Part shown: piece by piece, positions 53,070-61,836 of the stretch | How the letters are laid out: each line of letters begins with the position of its first letter | How positions within the stretch are numbered: position 1 is the stretch's first letter | NCBI GenBank assembly: GCA_040217195.1 | Contig: JAVJNR010000009.1 | Location: forward strand, 96,001-160,000 | Length of the DNA: 64,000 bases | Source: Leptospiraceae bacterium | GTDB lineage: Bacteria; Spirochaetota; Leptospiria; Leptospirales; Leptonemataceae | Direction of reading: 5' to 3' | Notes under the pieces: generated by a model | What the model was told of the DNA's origin: nothing | The model's database searches: none | What the model saw: only the letters and a program-made list of their open reading frames with translations | Program-made: the position numbers and the translations under genes

Positions 53070-53783
53070 TCAATAACTGGTTGGGTCCGGGCTGTTATCG
53101 GTAGCCAGGTCTGTCATTTTATGACACATGGTACAATCCTGCATTTTGGGATCCTTATCGATCGCCGACTGGAATGCGTTGTCTACTTTCAGGCCCCGAA
53201 AGAGCTTTGTAAAGTCATTGGTCTGAACTTTGCCGTCTTCATCAAAGTCATTGCTGAATCCTTTATTCACATCTTCGAAATCGTCTTCATCCACATGTCT
53301 TGTGGCCACGGTTCCTTCGCAAACACAGGTAGCACTTCCATGCTCATCGTGACTTACGGAGAACTTGGTACCTCGTACGGAAGCCACAGCGGTCGGACTT
53401 ACCACTTCCACTCCCTGATCCGAAAGCTTTTTCACATCGATCCAGGTAAAACCTTTCTGGAGTTTAACCTGTAGAGGCTCATCTTTCTTCTTCAGGTTTT
53501 CCAGGGTTACTTCCGTCTTTGGTCCCAGACGAATTTCTTTTCCCTGATAGATAATTACCAGATTGCTTTGTGGGCCGGTCTGAATGCGATCCTTGCTTTC
53601 AATTATGGTACGCAATTTGAGGTTTTTGTAGTCACCCTGCCCTCCTTTTTGAATGCGAGCCACTCCAACCAGGCGAGTTACAAGAGCCCGGTCTTCTGCT
53701 TTCAGGCCGTCAAAGGCAGACACAGCAATTAATAGAGCCAGTGCGGCCATCAGAGGTTTCACTATGGGGGATTCGTGATTCAT
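53070..53783 (-). CDS. Exported FecR-domain protein with C-terminal CxxCH
   Basis: Signal peptide, D.IQTG, SPTAVASVRGTKF, CTMCH. Confidence 0.8.
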   Translation of the reverse strand: MNHESPIVKPLMAALALLIAVSAFDGLKAEDRALVTRLVGVARIQKGGQGDYKNLKLRTIIESKDRIQTGPQSNLVIIYQGKEIRLGPKTEVTLENLKKKDEPLQVKLQKGFTWIDVKKLSDQGVEVVSPTAVASVRGTKFSVSHDEHGSATCVCEGTVATRHVDEDDFEDVNKGFSNDFDEDGKVQTNDFTKLFRGLKVDNAFQSAIDKDPKMQDCTMCHKMTDLATDNSPDPTSY

Positions 53784-53953
53784 AAATACTCCTTCCTGCG
53801 GTATGCAGTTGTACTATACGTTACATACCGAAAAACAAATGCAAGCCCCTATTTTGCAAGAATTCTTTATTATCGATTACACAGAAATGATCAACTTCGG
53901 GTAATGAACCTGTCATATTGCGATCTTTAGGCCTGCGGGGGTAGAAGGCAGAA

Positions 53954-54343
53954 CTAATCTTCCATAAAGGCAGCGTGAAACCGAAACTCCATTCTGGCCC
54001 CTATAGCTCCGGCAAGAAGTAGATAGCGACTATCCAGTTCAAAATAAGCTTCTGTTTCATCGCCTGCATCCATAACACAGGAGACTCGAACTTCATGGTC
54101 TCGGGCCAATTGCCTTAAACTTCGCCGCACAGGAGAAAGTCTGCGCAGTAAATCCTTAACATGCTCTTCAATAGGCTCATTGCCTGCGGGTCTGCTATTG
54201 ATCTGCCAGATTCCTCTTCCCCAGGCATCCCGGGGAATAATTCGGTCCGGTTCCACACCCAGGATTCTACTTACATCCTCTGGATGAAGGTCCGAGCCTG
54301 AAATGGTAAGAATAGCCCAGCCTGTAGTTACTCTGTTTGACAT
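53954..54343 (-). CDS. DUF4279-like protein
   Basis: LTISG.DLHPEDVSRILGVEP...W. Start taken at ATG 54343. Confidence 0.65.
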   Translation of the reverse strand: MSNRVTTGWAILTISGSDLHPEDVSRILGVEPDRIIPRDAWGRGIWQINSRPAGNEPIEEHVKDLLRRLSPVRRSLRQLARDHEVRVSCVMDAGDETEAYFELDSRYLLLAGAIGARMEFRFHAAFMED

Positions 54344-54394
54344 CTTATGGAATTCCTGTAACCGTGGAATCAACTTCTCGAATCCACACTGCCC

Positions 54395-55771
54395 ATGAAA
54401 GAACCAGTACTGGTAATTATCGGTAATGGCATAACCGGAATCACGGTTGCCAGAACTGTCCGCAAACAATTCAGGGATATCCGCATTCGTATTATATCGG
54501 ATGAGACGGACTACTTCTTTTCCCGTCCTGCCTTAATGTATATCTATATGGGTCATATGGAAGCTAAACATACTGAGCCCTATGAGCGGAATTTCTACGA
54601 TGAAAATCGTCTGGAGTTGATCCGTGGCCGTGTAGAATCCATGGATCCGGATTCCGGAAATCTGACCCTGACTGGCGGTCAGCAGGTACCCTTTGACTAC
54701 GTTGTGATGGCCACAGGCTCAGTGCCCAATCGCTTTGGCTGGCCCGGCCAGGATCTGGACGGTGTTCAAGGTCTCTATTCCATGCAAGACCTGGATAGCC
54801 TGGAATACTGGACAAAAGAAGGGATTCACAATGCAGTTATAGTAGGTGGAGGATTGATTGGTATAGAACTGGCGGAGATGCTACATACCCGAGGGATCCC
54901 GGCAACCTTTCTAGTGAGGGAAAGTCATTACTGGGGGAACATCCTGCCCGTTGAAGAATCCAATCTGGTCAAACAGCAAATCGATGCCCATCATGTTGGG
55001 TTAAAGCTAAATACAGAGCTGAAATCCATTGAATCCGATTCAAATGGCAGAGCCAGCGCCGTCATCACTTCGGATGGAGAGAGCATACCAGCCAACTTCG
55101 TAGGACTTACGGCTGGTGTTAGACCCAACATTTCTGTTTCGCATCCTTCTGTGGAAACGGCACGCGGCTATTTAATCGATTATTCATTTCAGACCAGCCA
55201 TAATAAGGTATTCGCGGCAGGCGATTGCGCCCAGTTTCGCACAAATGAAGGCGCCGGCCCGGTGGAGCAACTATGGTACACCGGGCGGATGCAAGGAGAA
55301 GCTCTGGGTTCCATTCTGGGATACAGGATTAAGGAGGAGCATTCCTTAACGTTGCGGGATGATATCCCGGTTGCGGATCAGGTATTTCCGGAAAACACCC
55401 CTTACGATCGGGGAATCTGGTTTAATTCAGCCAAGTTCTTTAACCTGGAATATCAGACCTACGGATATGTGCCTGCCAGACTTGATTCGGAGCAAACCTT
55501 TTACTGGCAGCATCCGAAAAAGAGTATCGCCTTTCGCATGGTATGGCAGGGAAATCCGGAATCTGGTCAGGTTACCGGATTCAATGTATTCGGATTGCGC
55601 TACAGACAGAATGTATGCCAGCAATGGATTGCGGATGGCCGAAGCCCCCGCCATGTAATCGATCATCTCAAGGAGGCCAATTTCGATCCAGAGTTCTTCG
55701 AAAAACCGGAGAAGCAAATACGAAAAGCCTTCAAAGAATTTGTCCGCAAGGCCCCGGCAGTCACGGGATGA
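54395..55771 (+). CDS. NAD(P)/FAD-dependent oxidoreductase (pyridine nucleotide-disulfide family)
   Basis: IIGNGITG, ATGS.P, VGGGLIGIELAE, FAAGDCA. Confidence 0.9.
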   Translation: MKEPVLVIIGNGITGITVARTVRKQFRDIRIRIISDETDYFFSRPALMYIYMGHMEAKHTEPYERNFYDENRLELIRGRVESMDPDSGNLTLTGGQQVPFDYVVMATGSVPNRFGWPGQDLDGVQGLYSMQDLDSLEYWTKEGIHNAVIVGGGLIGIELAEMLHTRGIPATFLVRESHYWGNILPVEESNLVKQQIDAHHVGLKLNTELKSIESDSNGRASAVITSDGESIPANFVGLTAGVRPNISVSHPSVETARGYLIDYSFQTSHNKVFAAGDCAQFRTNEGAGPVEQLWYTGRMQGEALGSILGYRIKEEHSLTLRDDIPVADQVFPENTPYDRGIWFNSAKFFNLEYQTYGYVPARLDSEQTFYWQHPKKSIAFRMVWQGNPESGQVTGFNVFGLRYRQNVCQQWIADGRSPRHVIDHLKEANFDPEFFEKPEKQIRKAFKEFVRKAPAVTG

Positions 55772-56290
55772 TCACAAGGTCCAAAGGACCGCAAGATTCA
55801 TTACGGGAGCACTGTTACACGAGATAGCAAGGCGAGCGAGATTCTGGCCGCTCCAAAGAGCGGGCCAGAAAGCGATCAGGACGATCGCCAGGTCCGAAGG
55901 ACCGCAAACAATTTCGTGGGAGGCGCAATGCACGAGGCATTGCGACGAGCACAACTAGATCGCAGAGTGCGTAGCACTCGCCGCGGGCAGGATGTCCGCA
56001 AGGCCCGAAGGGCCGCATAAACTTTCACGGGAGCACTGCTACATGAGGTAGCAAGGCGAGCGAGATTCTGGCCGCTCCAAAGAGCGGGCCAGAAAGCGAT
56101 CAGGACGATCGCCAGGTCCGAAGGACCGCAATAATTCTCGTGGGAGGCGCAATGCACGAGGCATTGCGACGAGCACAACTAGATCACAGAGTGCGTAGCA
56201 CTCTGCGCGGACAGGATGTCCGCAAGGCCTGAAGGGCCGCACAAATTTTCACGGGAAGCGCATTACAGGACGTAATGCGCTGAGCGTACC
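55764..56290 (+). repeat. Tandem array of five ~112-bp multi-hairpin units (224-bp higher-order period)
   Basis: C(A/G)GGA(C/T)G at 55764, 55877, 55988, 56101 and 56212, each followed by a GG(T/C)CCGAAGG(A/G)CC-type hairpin. Confidence 0.92.
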
Positions 56291-56293
56291 TAT

Positions 56294-57643
56294 ATGAACG
56301 ATTCAGTACCTTTTAAAATATTTCAACCCTATAACCTCATGGCCAGTTTGCTGATAGCAATCAGCCTGGCTGTTCCGGTGCTGGGCCTGGCCGGGTTGCC
56401 CGTAGCCCGGGGCGGGCTCTATCTGGTATTATTTCCGGGACTACTCTGTCTTGGCTTCTTTATGATGGCCGCTCAGCGTGCGCTTTCCCGACCGGCTGGA
56501 ATAGACAACCATGGCATTTACCATAGCAGCGTCACTGGCCGAGGGCTGGCAGGCATTTTGCTTGGAATTGTAATTACGGGTCTCTACGTTGTAATCTATT
56601 TTGGAGACCGAATCAGCCTGGGAGACAGCACTCTGCATAGTTTCTTTCAGGAAAGATTGTACAGCCATTTCGATGCCATTAGCCAGGCCTTACGCGGCCA
56701 ACCCGCCGATAATTGGTTCTTCTACAGTCTAATGTACACTCTAGCTGTATTCGTATTCGGAGTACGGATGATCCTGAAGCACAGGCATTCTCCCTACCAG
56801 ATCATTCGCACCATATCTGTAGTCATTGTTCAAACCGGATTTGGATTTCTCATCCCGTATCTCCTGGTGGCGCTTCAAAAGCCGGAGTTCTATTTCAGCT
56901 ACTTCTGGCCTTTGAAGCCCGAGTACCTCTATCCTGGTAAATGGCCGGACCTGGCATCGGGAGCACTCACCACTTTCTTTACCGGAGAAGCTGAACTGTT
57001 CACCTACTTTCTGGCCTTTGGCGCCTTTATGACCTTTGTGGCTACACCTGTGCTCACATATTTCTTTGGAAAGCGCTGGTATTGCTCCTGGGTTTGCGGA
57101 TGCGGAGGACTGGCAAACACTGCAGGTGATCCGTTTCGTCAGCTAAGCGACAAAAGCCTAAAAGCCTGGAAGATCGAACGATGGACCATCCACTCGGTTC
57201 TCGTGGCCATAGTCCTGATTACCGGAGTCCTCTGGCTGAATTCCATAACCGAAGGCAGGTTCTTGCCGGGATGGGGAGCTTCCCTTCAGCAAGCATATAC
57301 ATTCTACATTGGCTTAATATTCAGTGGAGTGGTTGGCGTGGGGTTCTATCCACTCCTGGGAACCAGGGTCTGGTGCCGATTCGGCTGTCCCATGGCTGCC
57401 ATCCTGGGAATCATTCAGAAGTTCTTTTCCAGATTTCGCATTACCACCAATGGAGGGCAATGTATCTCCTGTGGCAACTGCTCCACCTATTGCGAAATGG
57501 GCATCGATGTGCGATGGTATGCGCAGCGCGGCCAGAATGTGGTACGAGCATCCTGTGTGGGATGTGGCCTGTGTTCGGCAGTATGCCCGAGAGGTGTACT
57601 CAATCTGGAGAACGGAATTGTTACTGCAAGAGTGCCTTCCTGA
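56294..57643 (+). CDS. Membrane-bound 4Fe-4S binding protein
   Basis: Multiple TMs, RWYCSWVCGCG, RVWCRFGCP, CISCGNCSTYC, CVGCGLCSAVCP. Confidence 0.9.
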   Translation: MNDSVPFKIFQPYNLMASLLIAISLAVPVLGLAGLPVARGGLYLVLFPGLLCLGFFMMAAQRALSRPAGIDNHGIYHSSVTGRGLAGILLGIVITGLYVVIYFGDRISLGDSTLHSFFQERLYSHFDAISQALRGQPADNWFFYSLMYTLAVFVFGVRMILKHRHSPYQIIRTISVVIVQTGFGFLIPYLLVALQKPEFYFSYFWPLKPEYLYPGKWPDLASGALTTFFTGEAELFTYFLAFGAFMTFVATPVLTYFFGKRWYCSWVCGCGGLANTAGDPFRQLSDKSLKAWKIERWTIHSVLVAIVLITGVLWLNSITEGRFLPGWGASLQQAYTFYIGLIFSGVVGVGFYPLLGTRVWCRFGCPMAAILGIIQKFFSRFRITTNGGQCISCGNCSTYCEMGIDVRWYAQRGQNVVRASCVGCGLCSAVCPRGVLNLENGIVTARVPS

Positions 57644-58750
57644 TCATCCAATGCATAGATAATCCAGCCCGGCCCTGAATCCGTTTTTGGCAAGCGCCAA
57701 TTCGATTACTGGTCGGGCTCCCCTGGCATTTACGTAGACCAGCACAAAAGGATTTCGCCTATCCTGAAACAGCTCTTCCGGGCTACAGACTTTCATTTTA
57801 CGGGAGCCGGGTAACCTCGCATTTTTTGAGTTATTCTCGTGCCGGGTTGTTTTTTCTACTGGCAAAGTCTCTTCTAGATTCGCAGATCTGGAATCCCCTG
57901 GATGAGCCAGAAGAGATGGTTTTATATCTACGAAATAATCTGGCTTCGCTTCCGGAAAATGAGCTTCGAATCTTCTACGGCTCATTCGAGAAGCTCCCCA
58001 TACAACAAGCGGACGCAGATGAAGTATTTCTTGCAGAGACTCATCTGCGGCGATATAGAACTTTCGCAGATCATGAAAGGAGGATTTGCTGTACCGAGAA
58101 TCAATGTATGACAATTGATCTTCGCTGCATCTGTATTGCAACAGAGCACCGGGCAGTTTTTCCATTCTCAGGCCTGCCTGCATTATTCTAAGAAACAGAT
58201 CGTAGTCTTCCGGGAAGGGCCCCTTTCTATAGCCGCCCAGATCCTGCAGGACTTTCACTGGAAGTGCCAGAGTGGGATGCTGAAATGGGCATTCCACATA
58301 TCGATTTACATAAAAATCCTTCGCTGTCAGAACACCGTTTTGCCAGGCGAAGTAGGCTTCCCGACCGGCACCAACAAAGCCGATGGGCTGCACCTGGCAG
58401 CAAGAAATATCCACTCTGGCTAGATGTTCCACCTGCTTTCGCAACCTGGAAGGCTCCATCACATCGTCTGCATCCATGCGAATATAATAACTACTGCGAG
58501 CTTCCGAAATACCCTGATTCAATGCATCCACCAGTCCCTGGCCGTTAGCCTGAACCAATCGAATACTTGTATCGGAGTTGCTATCTCTTGAGGCCCTATC
58601 AACAATGGATGAACCATCATCGCTGGAATGATCATCGATAAAGATAACTTCAAAAGAGGAAAGATCCTGATTTAGAATCGACTGAAGACAGGCAGACAGA
58701 GTGCCGGATGCATTTCGAAAAGGAATGATTACACTTGCAGAAGGTTTCAG
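57644..58750 (-). CDS. Glycosyltransferase family 2, probable CTG start
   Basis: Frame is open upstream of the ORF-track start and encodes SVIIPFRN...EVIFIDDHSSD. Also RMDADD, HPT and EDYDLFLR. Confidence 0.85.
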   Translation of the reverse strand: MKPSASVIIPFRNASGTLSACLQSILNQDLSSFEVIFIDDHSSDDGSSIVDRASRDSNSDTSIRLVQANGQGLVDALNQGISEARSSYYIRMDADDVMEPSRLRKQVEHLARVDISCCQVQPIGFVGAGREAYFAWQNGVLTAKDFYVNRYVECPFQHPTLALPVKVLQDLGGYRKGPFPEDYDLFLRIMQAGLRMEKLPGALLQYRCSEDQLSYIDSRYSKSSFHDLRKFYIAADESLQEILHLRPLVVWGASRMSRRRFEAHFPEAKPDYFVDIKPSLLAHPGDSRSANLEETLPVEKTTRHENNSKNARLPGSRKMKVCSPEELFQDRRNPFVLVYVNARGARPVIELALAKNGFRAGLDYLCIG

Positions 58751-58771
58751 ACCGCCCCAGCCTGCGACTGG

Positions 58772-59380
58772 CTACTCAAATGGCGAGAACTTTATGCCAT
58801 AGGCAATGTAATTGCTGCCGCAAGTACGAGGACAGAAAGTGCCGTAGATGCCGCTGCGATGGTGCAGACGAATAAAGGCCCTGGGCTCATAGGCATCCAT
58901 GGGAAGTCCAAATTCCACCTCAAATACAAGGTAGTTCAAAAGATTCTGAGAGTATTCCGATTCCCCATCGATTCCATAAAAGCTTCGCGGATTTTCCAGG
59001 TCCGGATTCCTGGTAGCCAGGGACAATCCTTCGCCCACTGCAAAACTAACTGGCACCCCGGAGAAATCCAGACTGTCGCCTACCCGGGCCATCAGGACTG
59101 CATTGAACTCTAGATGTTTCTGAGCACCTGAATGATGGACCACCTGGCCCTCCCATTCTGTGGGCAGGCCAAAAAAATCTACAGATGCAGGGGCGGATAC
59201 AGCACCGGTGAAGATATAGCTGGGCTGATATTCCGTATCACCTTTTAGCATGATGTTGCCCAGAGTCGTTCCGGTAAACTGCCCCCGATAGAAAGTAAAA
59301 TCCAGGCCTCTGGCTTCCTCCACGGCACCCAGGGCTGCAGAACTCAGAAATGCCAGAAACAAGATAATGCCCCGTACCAT
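58772..59380 (-). CDS. Exported beta-barrel-like protein (possibly PagL/acyloxyacyl hydrolase-like)
   Basis: Signal peptide, GEGLS.A, LLNYL.FE, RLHHRSG.YG. Confidence 0.6.
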   Translation of the reverse strand: MVRGIILFLAFLSSAALGAVEEARGLDFTFYRGQFTGTTLGNIMLKGDTEYQPSYIFTGAVSAPASVDFFGLPTEWEGQVVHHSGAQKHLEFNAVLMARVGDSLDFSGVPVSFAVGEGLSLATRNPDLENPRSFYGIDGESEYSQNLLNYLVFEVEFGLPMDAYEPRAFIRLHHRSGIYGTFCPRTCGSNYIAYGIKFSPFE

Positions 59381-59466
59381 GTACCTTAGACGAATCCAGC
59401 CACCGGAGGTTTCACCAACGTTCAATTTTTTAAAGCTATAGAAATGCTTTTGGACCGGGCCAGATT

Positions 59467-60633
59467 CTAGTCCACGACCAGGCGGGGAATTCCGGGCTCT
59501 ATGCGAGTGACGATTTCATAGTTGATCGTGCCTGCCAGATCGGCCAGTTCATCTGCTGTCACTGTCTCCGAACCATCCTGTCCGATCAAAGTGGCAACGT
59601 CACCCACTGCGCATCCAGGAATGGAGGTCACATCCACCATAATCATATTCATACATACCCGGCCCAGAAGTGGCGCCCGACGGCCACGAATCAAGACATG
59701 AGAACGATTGGAAAGGCTGCGATCATATCCTTCATAGTACCCAACCGGCAGCACTGCGATGGTGGTGGGCGCCGTGGTACGATGGGTGCAGCCATACCCC
59801 ACATCCACGCCTTCCCCCACTCGATTGATGTGCACGATACGAGTTCTCCAGGATAGAGCCGGTCGAAATTCTGGCATTTCTGCAAATATGGTACGAGCGC
59901 TAAGTCTGGTGGAACTGGAAGGCCAGAAACCATACAGTGAAATGCCCACTCGAATCCAGTCCTGACGGGATTCAGGCAAAATCAGGGCCGGTGCGCTGGC
60001 TGCACTGTGACAGATCAGTTCACCCGAAAAACCAGATTGCTGAAAAATGGCCCGGGCCCTTTCCATGGCAGCTGCAAATCTGGAGTATTGTAACCTGCCA
60101 TAGCCCTGGTCCATCACATCCTCGACGTTGGCAAAATGAGTCATTAATCCACGCCAGGGAAGTTCCGGGGTCTCAGACAGGTATTGAAATAGTTCATCCA
60201 GATAGGCATCGTGAGCGCCCAGGCGGCTCATTCCGGTATCGACCTTGATGTGGAATGGCAGATTCGGTCTACGAGCCTGGAGCGCCCGAACATCGTCCAC
60301 CGTGGAAAGCACGATATGGAACTGGTCTTCGGATTCAGGAATCTCTGAGTACTGTTGATCATCGTTACGACCCATGATCAACACAGGACCTGAGAATCCC
60401 AGATTTCGTAACTGAAGTCCTTCGAAAATGGCATTTACAGCCAATCCCCGCACATCTCCTCTCTCATAGAGAGGTAGCAAAATCTCAACCATCTGCTGTA
60501 GGCCGTGACCATAACCATTGGATTTGATAACAGCGTAGAAATCGCTATCGGGAGCGGCCGCTCTGTAGTTCAAGACGGACTGCTCAATGGAGCTTCTGCT
60601 GATCTCCAGCCAGGTATTCATAGGGCCAGCCAA
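59467..60633 (-). CDS. alr: Alanine racemase
   Basis: AVIKSNGYGHG, HIKVDTGMSRLG, VGYG, GRVCM. Confidence 0.95.
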   Translation of the reverse strand: MAGPMNTWLEISRSSIEQSVLNYRAAAPDSDFYAVIKSNGYGHGLQQMVEILLPLYERGDVRGLAVNAIFEGLQLRNLGFSGPVLIMGRNDDQQYSEIPESEDQFHIVLSTVDDVRALQARRPNLPFHIKVDTGMSRLGAHDAYLDELFQYLSETPELPWRGLMTHFANVEDVMDQGYGRLQYSRFAAAMERARAIFQQSGFSGELICHSAASAPALILPESRQDWIRVGISLYGFWPSSSTRLSARTIFAEMPEFRPALSWRTRIVHINRVGEGVDVGYGCTHRTTAPTTIAVLPVGYYEGYDRSLSNRSHVLIRGRRAPLLGRVCMNMIMVDVTSIPGCAVGDVATLIGQDGSETVTADELADLAGTINYEIVTRIEPGIPRLVVD

Positions 60634-60697
60634 AAAAACAGACTTGCCCTGTATACCGGTTTGCTGAGCATGGAGGATTCTTATGGTATTTCACCTT

Positions 60698-61027
60698 TTT
60701 CTGGCCTCCCCGCGGGCCAGAAATCGATCAGGACGATCGCCAGGTCCGAAGGACCGCAATATTTGCTACGGGAGCAATGCACGAGGCATCGCGACGAGCA
60801 CAGCTGAAAAAGAACGCGGAGCGTTCTTGGTGATCAGGATGATCACAGGGTCCGAAGGACCGCAATATTTGCTACGGGAGCAATGCTGCACGAGGTAGTA
60901 TTGCGAGCGAGATTCTGGCCGCTCGGGAGAGCGGGCCAGAAAGCGATCAGGACGATCGCCAGGTCCGAAGGACCGCAAAATTTACTACGGGAGCAATGCG
61001 ACACGAGGTAGTATTGCGAGCGTACCT
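60698..61027 (+). repeat. Second array of the multi-hairpin unit (three copies)
   Basis: CAGGA(C/T)G at 60729, 60835 and 60948, GGTCCGAAGGACC x3. Ends in GAGCGTACCT, as does the first array. Confidence 0.92.
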
Positions 61028-61174
61028 CTAAAGGAGCCGGACAGTGAAGAAGCTGAAGACCAGACTATCCGTTCGAAAGCGACTGCAAAAGAAACGTGAA
61101 GCAAGAGCGCTGCGCAGCAAGGCCAAACAGGCCCATCGCCGAGGCACTGGATACAAAGACCTGGAAGATGCTGA

Positions 61175-61807
61175 GTGATGAAGCCTATTGCAGGCCTTCC
61201 ACTTCGCAATCATTTCATCCCCGCAGAACGAAGAGACTCCGCATTGCTGGTCATTATGCATGGCCTGGGCGATCGTATGGAGTCTTTTTTCGATTTCCCG
61301 GAAATGCTTCTGGGAAGCAAGATCTCCTATCTATTTCTAAACGCTCCTGATCCTTACGTGGTAGGCTGGAAGTGGTACGATCTGGATGGCCAGCAAGAGA
61401 CTGGCCTGAAAAACTCCAGGAGCCTATTAGACCAAACCCTCCAATACTTACGAAAGCACCAGGGCATTGCACCGGAGAGTATAGTGCTTTCTGGATTCAG
61501 CCAGGGCGCTGTTGTCAGCCTTTACACAGGGATTCGGAGTGAATTGCCACTTGCAGGTATTGGAGCTCTGTCAGGTTATCTGTTCGGCGGCGTGGACGAT
61601 GCCACAGAGGCAAGCAAGGAAACGCCCATCTTCATGACCCATGGATTATACGATGAAGTGCTACCCTATGAGCGATCCGAAGGTCATGGCCAGTTGCTTT
61701 CGGAGGCCGGTTACAAACTGGACTGGAGGGAGTATCCCATGGGGCATCAGATTTGCCAGGAAGAAATGCAGGATTTCGCACACTGGTTGAGCGCTATTGC
61801 TGGCTGA
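61175..61807 (+). CDS. Phospholipase/carboxylesterase (alpha/beta hydrolase)
   Basis: MHGLGD, GFSQG, HG.YD.VLP, MGHQI. Confidence 0.92.
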   Translation: MMKPIAGLPLRNHFIPAERRDSALLVIMHGLGDRMESFFDFPEMLLGSKISYLFLNAPDPYVVGWKWYDLDGQQETGLKNSRSLLDQTLQYLRKHQGIAPESIVLSGFSQGAVVSLYTGIRSELPLAGIGALSGYLFGGVDDATEASKETPIFMTHGLYDEVLPYERSEGHGQLLSEAGYKLDWREYPMGHQICQEEMQDFAHWLSAIAG

Positions 61808-61836
61808 TTTTAACACTTCCATCCGAGCCTCTCAAA

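Noticed and set aside
55740..56242. Short ORFs in the hairpin arrays (also 60505-60978)
   Set aside because: They are by-products of GC-rich palindromic repeats. Variation preserves base pairing rather than codons.
55764..56290. CRISPR array interpretation of the tandem repeats
   Set aside because: There are no unique spacers, the period is ~112 bp, the repeats are degenerate, and no cas genes are in the window.
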